A stretch of 64,000 nt of DNA, taken from contig NC_082727.1 in NCBI RefSeq assembly GCF_030144855.1, positions 9,858,001-9,922,000 on the forward strand, read 5' to 3'. The position numbers were made by a program, and so were the translations under genes. Positions 1 to 11,400 of the stretch are shown here, piece by piece (within the stretch, counting starts at the first letter, position 1; every line of letters begins with the position of its first letter). Source of the stretch: Hypanus sabinus. Lineage: Eukaryota. Below the pieces are notes generated by a model, which saw nothing but the letters and a program-made list of their open reading frames with translations, was not told the origin of the DNA and did not search any database.

Positions 1-167
1 TCCGATACAGGACCTGACTGCTCTCTCTCCGATACAGGACCTGACTGCTCACTCTCTCCGATAGAGGACCTGACTGCTCTCTCCGATAGAGGACCTGACT
101 GCTCTCTCCGATAGAGGACCTGACTGCTCTCTCTCTCCGATGGAGGACCTGACTGCTCTCTCTCTCT

Positions 168-1069
168 CCGATACAGGACATGACTACTCTCTCTCCGATA
201 CAGGACCTGACTGCTCTCTCTCTCCGATAGAGGACCTGACTGCTCTCTCTCAGATAGAGGACCTGACTGCTCTCTCTCTCCGATGGATGACCTGACTGCT
301 CTCTCTCTCTCCGATACAGGACATGACTGCTCTCTCTGTCCGATACAGGACCTGACTGCTCTCTCTCCGATACAGGACCTGACTGCTCACTCTCCGATAC
401 AGGACCTGACTGCTCTCTCTCTCTCCGATACAGGACCTGACTGCTCTCTCTCCGATACAGGACCTGACTGCTCTCTCTCCGATACAGGACCTGACTGCTC
501 TCTCTCTCCGATGGAGGACCTGACTGCTCTCTCTCTCTCCGATAGAGGACCTGACTGCTCTCTCCGATGCAGGAACTGACTGCTCTCTCTCCGATACAGG
601 ACCTGACTGCTCCCTCTCCGATACAGGACCTGACAGCTCTCTCTCCGATAGAGGACCTGACTGCTCTCTCTCTCCGATGGAGGACCTGACTGCTCTCTCT
701 CTCTCCGATACAGGACCTGACTGCTCTCTCTCCGATACAGGACATGACTACTCTCTCTCCGATACAGGACCTGACTGCTCTCTCTCTCCGATAGAGGACC
801 TGACTGCTCTCTCTCAGATAGAGGACCTGACTGCTCTCTCTCTCCGATGGAGGACCTGACTGCTCTCTCTCTCTCCGATACAGGACATGACTGCTCTCTC
901 TGTCCGATACAGGACCTGACTGCTCTCTCTCCGATACAGGACCTGACTGCTCACTCTCCGATACAGGACCTGACTGCTCTCTCTCTCTCCGATACAGGAC
1001 CTGACTGCTCTCTCTCCGATACAGGACCTGACTGCTCTCTCTCCGATACAGGACCTGACTGCTCTCTCT
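168..1069 (+). repeat. Nested ~340-bp direct duplication at 564-bp spacing (168-505 vs 732-1069)
   Basis: The same order of rare variants occurs twice: ggacatgactac, tcagatag, gatgg, ggacatg, ctgtccg, gctcactc. ORFs 283 and 847 are near-identical. Confidence 0.85.
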
Positions 1070-2404
1070 CCCATAGAGGACCTGACTGCTCTCTCTCCGA
1101 TACAGGACCTGACTGCTCTTCCGACTGAGGACCTGACTGCTCTCTCTCCGATACAGGACCTGACTGCTCTTCCGACTGAGGACCTGACTGCTCTCTCTCC
1201 GATACAGGACCTGACGGCTCTCTCTCTCCGATACAGGACTTGACTGCTCTCTCTCCGACAGAGGACCCGACTACTCTCTCACCAACTGAGGACCTGACTG
1301 CTCTCTCTCGCCGATACAGGACCTGACTGCTCTCTCTCTCCGATAGAGGACCTGACTGCTCTCTCTGATACAGGACCTGACTGCTCTCTCTCCGATACAG
1401 GACCTGACTGCTCTCTCTCCGATTCAGGACCTGACTGCTCTCTCTCTCCGATACAGGACCTGACTGCTCTCTCTCTCCGATAGAGGACCTGACTGCTCTC
1501 TCTCCGATACAGGACCTGACTGCTCTCTCTCCGATACAGGACCTGACTGCTCTCTCTCCGATACAGGACCTGACTACTCTCTCTCACCGATACAGGACCT
1601 GACTGCTCTCTCCGACTGAGGACCTGACTGCTCTCTCTCTCTCTCCGATACAGGACCTGACGGCTCTGTCTCTCCGATACAGGACTTGACTGCTCTCTCT
1701 CCGACAGAGGACCTGACTGCTCTCTCACCAACTGAGGACCTGACTGCTCTCTCTCTCCGATACAGGACCTGACTGCTCTCTCTCTCCGATACAGGACCTG
1801 ACTGCTCTCTCTCTCCGAAAGAGGACCTGACTGCTCTCTCTCTCCGACAGAGGACCTGACTGCTCTCTCTCTCTCCGATAGAGGAACTGACTGCACTCTC
1901 TCTCCGATAGAGGACCTGACTGCTCTCTCTCCGACAGACCTGACTACTCTCTCTGATACAGGAACAGACTGCTCTCTCTCCGATACAGGACCTGACTGCT
2001 CTCTCTCTCCGACAGAGGAACTGACTGCTCTCTCTCTCCAATAGAGGACCTCACTGCTCTCTCTCCGATAGAGGACCTGACTGCTCTCTCTCCGATAGAG
2101 GACCTGACTGCTCTCTCCGATAGAGGACCTGCGTGCCCTCTCTCCGATACAGGACCTGACTGCTCTCTCTCCGATACAGGACTTGACTGCTCTCTCTCCG
2201 ATTCAGGACCTGACTGCTCTCTCTCTCCGATACAGGACCTGACTGCTCTCTCTCTCCGATAGAGGACCTGACTGCTCTCTCTCCGATACAGGACCTGACT
2301 GCTCTTTCTCCGATACAGGACCTGACTGCTCTCTCTCTCCGAAAGAGGACCTGACTGCTCTCTCTCTGATAGAGGACCTGTCTGCTCTCTCTCTCCGATA
2401 CAGG

Positions 2405-5400
2405 ACCTGACTGCTCTCTCTCTCCGATACAGAACCTGACTGTTCTCTCTCTCTGATAGAGGACCTGACTGCTCGCTCTCTCCGACGGAGGACCTGACTG
2501 CTCTCTCTCTCCGATAGAGGACCTGACTGCTCTCTCCGATACAGGACCTGACTGCTCTCTCTCTCCGACAGAGGACATGACTGCTCTCTCTCTCCGATAG
2601 AGGACCTGACTGCTCTCTCTCCGATAGAGGACCTGACTGCACTCTCCGATAGAGGACCTGACTGCTCTCTCCGATAGAGGACCTGACTGCTCTCTCTCTC
2701 CGACAGAGGACCTGACTGCTCTCTCTCTCCGATAGAGGACCTGACTGCTCTCTCTCTCCGATGGAGGACCTGACTGCTCTCTCTCCGATAGAGGACCTGA
2801 CTGCTGTCTCCGATAGAGGACATGACTTCTCTCTCTCTCCGATAGAGGACCTGACTGCTCTCTCTCCGATACAGGACCTGACTGCTCTCTCTCTCCGATA
2901 GAGAACCTGACTGCTCTCTATCCGATAGAGGACCTCACTGCTCTCTCCGATACAGGACCTGACTGCTCTCTCCGATAGAGGACCTGAGTGCTCTCTCTCC
3001 GATACAGGACCTGACTGCTCTCTCTCCGATACAGGACCTGACTGCTCTCTCTCCGATAGAAGACCTGACTGCTCTCTCTCTCCGATACAGGACCTGACTG
3101 CTCTTTCCGATAGAGGACCTGACTGCTCTCTCTCCGATACAGGACCTGACTGCTCTCTCTCCGATACAGGACCTGACTGCTCACTCTCTCCGATAGAGGA
3201 CCTGACTGCTCTCTCCGATAGAGGACCTGACTGCTCTCTCCGATAGAGGACCTGACTGCTCTCTCTCCGATACAGGACCTGACTGCTCCCTCTCCGATAG
3301 AGGACCTGACAGCTCTCTCTCCGATAGAGGACCTGACTGCTCTCTCTCCGATACAGGACCTGACTGCTCTCTCTCCGATAGAGGACCTGACTGCTCTCTC
3401 TCTCTCCGATACAGGACCTGACTGCTCTCTCTCCGATACAGGACCTGACTGCTCTCTCTCCGATACAGGACCTGACTACTCTCTCTCCGATACAGGACCT
3501 GACTGCTCTCTCTCTCCGATACAGGACCTGACTGCTCTCTCTCTCCGATACAGGACCTGACTGCTCTCTCTCTCCGACAGAGGACCTGACTGCTCTATCT
3601 CTCCGACAGAGTACCTGACTGCTCTCTCTCTCCGATAGAGGAACTGACTGCACTCTCTCTCCGATAGAGGACCTGACTGCTCTCTCTCCGACAGACCTGA
3701 CTACTCTCTCTGATACACGAACAGACTGCTCCCTCTCTGATACAGGACGTGACTGCTCTCTCACCGATACAGGACCTGACTGCTCTCTCTCTCCGACAGA
3801 GGACCTGACTGCTCTCTCTCTCCGATAGAGGACCTGACTGCTCTCACTCCGATAGAGGACCTGACTGCTCTCTCCGATAGAGGACCTGACTGCTCTCTCT
3901 CTCCGACACAGGACTTGACTGCTCTCTCTCTCCGACAGAGGACCTGACTGCTCTCTCTCTCCAATAGAGGACCTGACTGCTCTCACTCCGATAGAGGACC
4001 TGACTGCACTCTCCGACAGAGGACCTTACTGCTCTCTCCGATAGAGGACCTGACTGCTCTCTCTCTCCGACAGAGGACCTCACTGCTCTCTCCAATACAG
4101 GACCTGACTGCTCTCTCCGATAGAGGACCTGAGTGCTCTCTCTCCGATAGAGGACCTCACTGCTCTCTCCAATACAGGACCTGACTGCTCTCTCCGATAG
4201 AGGACCTGAGTGCTCTCTCTCCGATACAGAACCTGACTGCTCTCTCTCCGATACAGGACCTGACTGCTCTCTCTCCGATACAGGACCTGACTGCTCTCTC
4301 TCTCCGATAGAGGACCTGACTGCTCTCTCTCTCCGATAGAGGACCTGACTGCTCACTCCGATTGAGGAACTGACTGCTCTCTCTCTCCGATACAGGACCT
4401 CACTGCTCCCTCTCCAATACAGGACCTGACAGCTCTCTCTCCGATAGAGGACCTGACTGCTCTCTCCGATAGAGGACCTGAGTGCCCTCTCTCCGATACA
4501 GGACCTGACTGCTCTCTCTCCGATACAGGACCTGACTGCTCTCTCTCTCCGATACAGGACCTGACTGCTCTCTCTCCGATAGAGGACCTGACTGCTCTCT
4601 TTCTCCGATGGAGGACCTGACTGCTCTCGCTCTCTCCGATACAGGACATGACTGCTCTCTCTGTCCGATACAGGACCTGACTGCTCTCTCTCCGATACAG
4701 GACCTGACTGCTCTCTCTCTCTCCGATACAGGACCTGACTGCTCTCTCTCCGATACAGGACCTGACTGCTCTCTCTCCGATACAGGACCTGACTGCTCTC
4801 TCCGACTGAGGACCTGCCTGCTCTCTCTCGCCGATAGAGGACCTGACTGCTCCCTCTCTGATACAGTACGTGACTGCTCTCTCTCCGATACAGGACCTGA
4901 CTGCTCTCTCTCTCCGACAGAGGACCTGAATGCTCTCTCTCTCCGATAGAGGACCTGACTGCTCTCTCTCCGACAGAGGACCTGACTGCTCTCTCACCAA
5001 CTGAGGACCTGACTGCTCTCTCTCTCCGATACAGAACCTGACTGTTCTCTCTCTCTGATAGAGGACCTGACTGCTCGCTCTCTCCGACGGAGGACCTGAC
5101 TGCTCTCTCTCTCCGATAGAGGACCTGACTGCTCTCTCCGATACAGGACCTGACTGCTCTCTCTCTCCGACAGAGGACCTGACTGCTCTCTCTCTCCGAT
5201 AGAGGACCTGACTGCTCTCTCTCCGATAGAGGACCTGACTGCACTCTCCGATAGAGGACCTGACTGCTCTCTCCGATAGAGGACCTGACTGCTCTCTCTC
5301 TCCGACAGAGGACCTGACTGCTCTCTCTCTCCGATAGAGGACCTGACTGCTCTCTCTCTCCGATGGAGGACCTGACTGCTCTCTCTCCGATAGAGGACCT

Positions 5401-6444
5401 GACTGCTGTCTCCGATAGAGGACATGACTTCTCTCTCTCTCCGATAGAGGACCTGACTGCTCTCTCTCCGATACAGGACCTGACTGCTCTCTCTCTCCGA
5501 TAGAGAACCTGACTGCTCTCTATCCGATAGAGGACCTCACTGCTCTCTCCGATACAGGACCTGACTGCTCTCTCCGATAGAGGACCTGAGTGCTCTCTCT
5601 CCGATACAGGACCTGACTGCTCTCTCTCCGATACAGGACCTGACTGCTCTCTCTCCGATAGAAGACCTGACTGCTCTCTCTCTCCGATACAGGACCTGAC
5701 TGCTCTTTCCGATAGAGGACCTGACTGCTCTCTCTCCGATACAGGACCTGACTGCTCTCTCTCCGATACAGGACCTGACTGCTCACTCTCTCCGATAGAG
5801 GACCTGACTGCTCTCTCCGATAGAGGACCTGACTGCTCTCTCCGATAGAGGACCTGACTGCTCTCTCTCCGATACAGGACCTGACTGCTCCCTCTCCGAT
5901 AGAGGACCTGACAGCTCTCTCTCCGATAGAGGACCTGACTGCTCTCTCTCCGATACAGGACCTGACTGCTCTCTCTCCGATAGAGGACCTGACTGCTCTC
6001 TCTCTCTCCGATACAGGACCTGACTGCTCTCTCTCCGATACAGGACCTGACTGCTCTCTCTCCGATACAGGACCTGACTACTCTCTCTCCGATACAGGAC
6101 CTGACTGCTCTCTCTCTCCGATACAGGACCTGACTGCTCTCTCTCTCCGATACAGGACCTGACTGCTCTCTCTCTCCGACAGAGGACCTGACTGCTCTAT
6201 CTCTCCGACAGAGTACCTGACTGCTCTCTCTCTCCGATAGAGGAACTGACTGCACTCTCTCTCCGATAGAGGACCTGACTGCTCTCTCTCCGACAGACCT
6301 GACTACTCTCTCTGATACACGAACAGACTGCTCCCTCTCTGATACAGGACGTGACTGCTCTCTCACCGATACAGGACCTGACTGCTCTCTCTCTTCGACA
6401 GAGGACCTGACTGCTCTCTCTCTCCGATAGAGGACCTGACTGCT
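2405..6444 (+). repeat. Nested ~1.44-kb duplication at 2602-bp spacing (2405-3842 vs 5007-6444)
   Basis: The marker ccgatacagaacctgactgttc occurs at 2424 and 5026. Identical ORFs occur at 2918/5520, and ORF ends match at 2823/5425. Confidence 0.9.
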
Positions 6445-8435
6445 CCCTCTCCGATACAGGACCTGACAGCTCTCTCTCCGATAGAGGACCTGACTGCTCT
6501 CTCTCTCCGATGGAGGACCTGACTGCTCTCTCTCTCTCCGATACAGGACCTGACTGCTCTCTCTCTCCGACAGAGGACCTGACTGCTCTCTCTCTCCAAT
6601 AGAGGACCTGACTGCTCTCTCTCCGATAGAGGACCTGACTGCTCTCTCTCCGATAGAGGACCTGACTGCTCTCTCCGATAGAGGACCTGAGTGCCCTCTC
6701 TCCGACTGAGAACCTGACTGCTCTCTCTCTCTCTCCGATACAGGACCTGACTGCTCTCTCTCTCTCCGATACAGGACCTGACTGCTCTCTCTCCGATACA
6801 GGACCTGACTGCTCTTCCGACTAAGGACCTGACTGCTCTCTCTCCGATACAGGACCTGACGGCTCTCTCTCTCCGATACAGGACTTGACTGCTCTCTCTC
6901 CGACAGAGGACCTGACTGCTCTCTCACCAACTGAGGACCTGACTGCTCTCTCTCTCCGATACAGGACCTGACTGCTCTCTCTCTCCGATAGAGGACCTGA
7001 CTGCTCTCTCTGATACAGGACCTGACTGCTCTCTCTCCGATACAGGACCTGACTGCTCTCTCTCCGATTCAGGACCTGACTGCTCTCTCTCTCCGATACA
7101 GGACCTGACTGCTCTCTCTCTCCGATAGAGGACCTGACTGCTCTCTCTCCGATACAGGACCTGACTGCTCTTTCTCCGATACAGGACCTGACTGCTCTCT
7201 CTCTCCGACAGAGGACCTGACTGCTCTCTCTCTGATAGAGGACCTGTCTGCTCTCTCTCTCCGATACAGGACCTGACTGCTCTCTCTCCGATAAAGGACC
7301 TGACTGCTCTCTCTCTCCGATACAGAACCTGACTGTTCTCTCTCTCCGATAGAGGACCTGACTGCTCGCTCTCTCCGACAGAGGACCTGACTGCTCTCTC
7401 TCTCCGATAGAGGACCTGACTGCTCTCTCTCCGATAGAGGACCTGACTGCTCTCTCCGATAGTGGACCTGACTGCTCTCTCCGATAGAGGACCTGACTGC
7501 TCTCTCTCTCCGACAGAGGACCTGACAGCTCTCTCTCTCCGATAGAGGACCTGACTGCTCTCTCTCTCCGATGGAGGACCTGACTGCTCTCTCTCTCCGA
7601 TACAGGACCTGTGCTCTCTCTCTCCGATAGAGGATCTGACTGCTCTCTCTCTCCGATACAGGACCTGACTGCTCTCTCTCCGATACAGGACCTGACTGCT
7701 CTCTCTCCGATAGAGGACCTGACTGCTCTCTCTCCGATACAAGACCAGACTGCTCTCTCTCCGATAGAGGACCTGAGTGCTCTCTCTCCGATACAGGACC
7801 TGACTGCTCTCTCTCCGATAGAGGACCTGACTGCTGTCTCCGATAGAGGACATGACTTCTCTCTCTCTCCGATAGAGGACCTGACTGCTCTCTCTCCGAT
7901 ACAAGACCAGACTGCTCTCTCTCCGATACAGGACCTGACTGCTCTCACTCCGATACAGGACCTGACTGCTCTCTCTCCGATACAGGACCTGACTGCTCTC
8001 TCTCCGATACAGGACCTGACTGCTGTCTCTGATAGAGGACATGACTTCTCTCTCTCTCCGATAGAGGACATGACTTCCCTCTCTCTCTGACAGAGGACCT
8101 GACTGCTCTCTCTCTCCGATAGAGAACCTGACTGCTCTCTATCCGATAAGAGGACCTGACTGCTCTCTCCGATACAGGACCTGACTGCTCTCTCTCTCCG
8201 ATAGAGAACCTGACTGCTCTCTATCCGATAGTGGACCTCACTGCTCTCTCCGATACAGGACCTGACTGCTCTCTCCGATAGAGGACCTGAGTGCTCTCTC
8301 TCAGATACAGGACCTGACTGCTCTCTCTCCGATACAGGACCTGACTGCTCTCTCTCCGATAGAAGACCTGACTGCTCTCTCTCTCCGATACAGGACCTGA
8401 CTGCTCTCTCCGATAGAGGACCTGACTGCTCTCTC

Positions 8436-11400
8436 TCCGATACAGGACCTGACTGCTCTCTCTCCGATACAGGACCTGACTGCTCACTCTCTCCGATAGA
8501 GGACCTGACTGCTCTCTCCGATAGAGGACCTGACTGCTCTCTCCGATAGAGGACCTGACTGCTCTCTCTCTCCGATGGAGGACCTGACTGCTCTCTCTCT
8601 CTCCGATACAGGACATGACTACTCTCTCTCCGATACAGGACCTGACTGCTCTCTCTCTCCGATAGAGGACCTGACTGCTCTCTCTCAGATAGAGGACCTG
8701 ACTGCTCTCTCTCTCCGATGGATGACCTGACTGCTCTCTCTCTCTCCGATACAGGACATGACTGCTCTCTCTGTCCGATACAGGACCTGACTGCTCTCTC
8801 TCCGATACAGGACCTGACTGCTCACTCTCCGATACAGGACCTGACTGCTCTCTCTCTCTCCGATACAGGACCTGACTGCTCTCTCTCCGATACAGGACCT
8901 GACTGCTCTCTCTCCGATACAGGACCTGACTGCTCTCTCTCTCCGATGGAGGACCTGACTGCTCTCTCTCTCTCCGATAGAGGACCTGACTGCTCTCTCC
9001 GATGCAGGAACTGACTGCTCTCTCTCCGATACAGGACCTGACTGCTCCCTCTCCGATACAGGACCTGACAGCTCTCTCTCCGATAGAGGACCTGACTGCT
9101 CTCTCTCTCCGATGGAGGACCTGACTGCTCTCTCTCTCTCCGATACAGGACCTGACTGCTCTCTCTCCGATACAGGACATGACTACTCTCTCTCCGATAC
9201 AGGACCTGACTGCTCTCTCTCTCCGATAGAGGACCTGACTGCTCTCTCTCAGATAGAGGACCTGACTGCTCTCTCTCTCCGATGGAGGACCTGACTGCTC
9301 TCTCTCTCTCCGATACAGGACATGACTGCTCTCTCTGTCCGATACAGGACCTGACTGCTCTCTCTCCGATACAGGACCTGACTGCTCACTCTCCGATACA
9401 GGACCTGACTGCTCTCTCTCTCTCCGATACAGGACCTGACTGCTCTCTCTCCGATACAGGACCTGACTGCTCTCTCTCCGATACAGGACCTGACTGCTCT
9501 CTCTCCCATAGAGGACCTGACTGCTCTCTCTCCGATACAGGACCTGACTGCTCTTCCGACTGAGGACCTGACTGCTCTCTCTCCGATACAGGACCTGACT
9601 GCTCTTCCGACTGAGGACCTGACTGCTCTCTCTCCGATACAGGACCTGACGGCTCTCTCTCTCCGATACAGGACTTGACTGCTCTCTCTCCGACAGAGGA
9701 CCCGACTACTCTCTCACCACTGAGGACCTGACTGCTCTCTCTCGCCGCAAAATACAGGACCTGACTGCTCTCTCTCTCCGATAGAGGACCTGACTGCTCT
9801 CTCTGATACAGGACCTGACTGCTCTCTCTCCGATACAGACCTGACTGCTCTCTCTCCGATTCAGGACCTGACTGCTCTCTCTCTCCGATACAGGACCTGA
9901 CTGCTCTCTCTCTCCGATAGAGGACCTGACTGCTCTCTCTCCGATACAGGACCTGACTGCTCTCTCTCCGATACAGGACCTGACTGCTCTCTCTCCGATA
10001 CAGGACCTGACTACTCTCTCTCACCGATACAGGACCTGACTGCTCTCTCCGACTGAGGACCTGACTGCTCTCTCTCTCTCTCCGATACAGGACCTGACGG
10101 CTCTGTCTCTCCGATACAGGACTTGACTGCTCTCTCTCCGACAGAGGACCTGACTGCTCTCTCACCAACTGAGGACCTGACTGCTCTCTCTCTCCGATAC
10201 AGGACCTGACTGCTCTCTCTCTCCGATACAGGACCTGACTGCTCTCTCTCTCCGAAAGAGGACCTGACTGCTCTCTCTCTCCGACAGAGGACCTGACTGC
10301 TCTCTCTCTCTCCGATAGAGGAACTGACGGCACTCTCTCTCCGATAGAGGACCTGACTGCTCTCTCTCCGACAGACCTGACTACTCTCTCTGATACAGGA
10401 ACAGACTGCTCTCTCTCCGATACAGGACCTGACTGCTCTCTCTCTCCGACAGAGGAACTGACTGCTCTCTCTCTCCAATAGAGGACCTCACTGCTCTCTC
10501 TCCGATAGAGGACCTGACTGCTCTCTCTCCGATAGAGGACCTGACTGCTCTCTCCGATAGAGGACCTGCGTGCCCTCTCTCCGATACAGGACCTGACTGC
10601 TCTCTCTCCGATACAGGACTTGACTGCTCTCTCTCCGATTCAGGACCTGACTGCTCTCTCTCTCCGATACAGGACCTGACTGCTCTCTCTCTCCGATAGA
10701 GGACCTGACTGCTCTCTCTCCGATACAGGACCTGACTGCTCTTTCTCCGATACAGGACCTGACTGCTCTCTCTCTCCGAAAGAGGACCTGACTGCTCTCT
10801 CTCTGATAGAGGACCTGTCTGCTCTCTCTCTCCGATACAGGACCTGACTGCTCTCTCTCTCCGATACAGAACCTGACTGTTCTCTCTCTCTGATAGAGGA
10901 CCTGACTGCTCGCTCTCTCCGACGGAGGACCTGACTGCTCTCTCTCTCCGATAGAGGACCTGACTGCTCTCTCCGATACAGGACCTGACTGCTCTCTCTC
11001 TCCGACAGAGGACCTGACTGCTCTCTCTCTCCGATAGAGGACCTGACTGCTCTCTCTCCGATAGAGGACCTGACTGCACTCTCCGATAGAGGACCTGACT
11101 GCTCTCTCCGATAGAGGACCTGACTGCTCTCTCTCTCCGACAGAGGACCTGACTGCTCTCTCTCTCCGATAGAGGACCTGACTGCTCTCTCTCTCCGATG
11201 GAGGACCTGACTGCTCTCTCTCCGATAGAGGACCTGACTGCTGTCTCCGATAGAGGACATGACTTCTCTCTCTCTCCGATAGAGGACCTGACTGCTCTCT
11301 CTCCGATACAGGACCTGACTGCTCTCTCTCTCCGATAGAGAACCTGACTGCTCTCTATCCGATAGAGGACCTCACTGCTCTCTCCGATACAGGACCTGAC

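Larger units (their letters stand above)
1..8435 (+). repeat. Higher-order repeat (HOR) copy 1, 8435-bp period
   Basis: The variant string starting at 1 recurs at 8436. Identical or near-identical artefactual ORFs recur at offsets 8435-8437 (283/8718, 677/9112, 1944/10381, 4608/13045). Confidence 0.93.

Noticed and set aside
283-579. Short plus-strand ORFs (MDDLTALSLSDTG..., MEDLTALS...)
   Set aside because: The ATG comes from the GATGG monomer variant, the peptides are repeat translations, and they recur only because the DNA blocks are duplicated.
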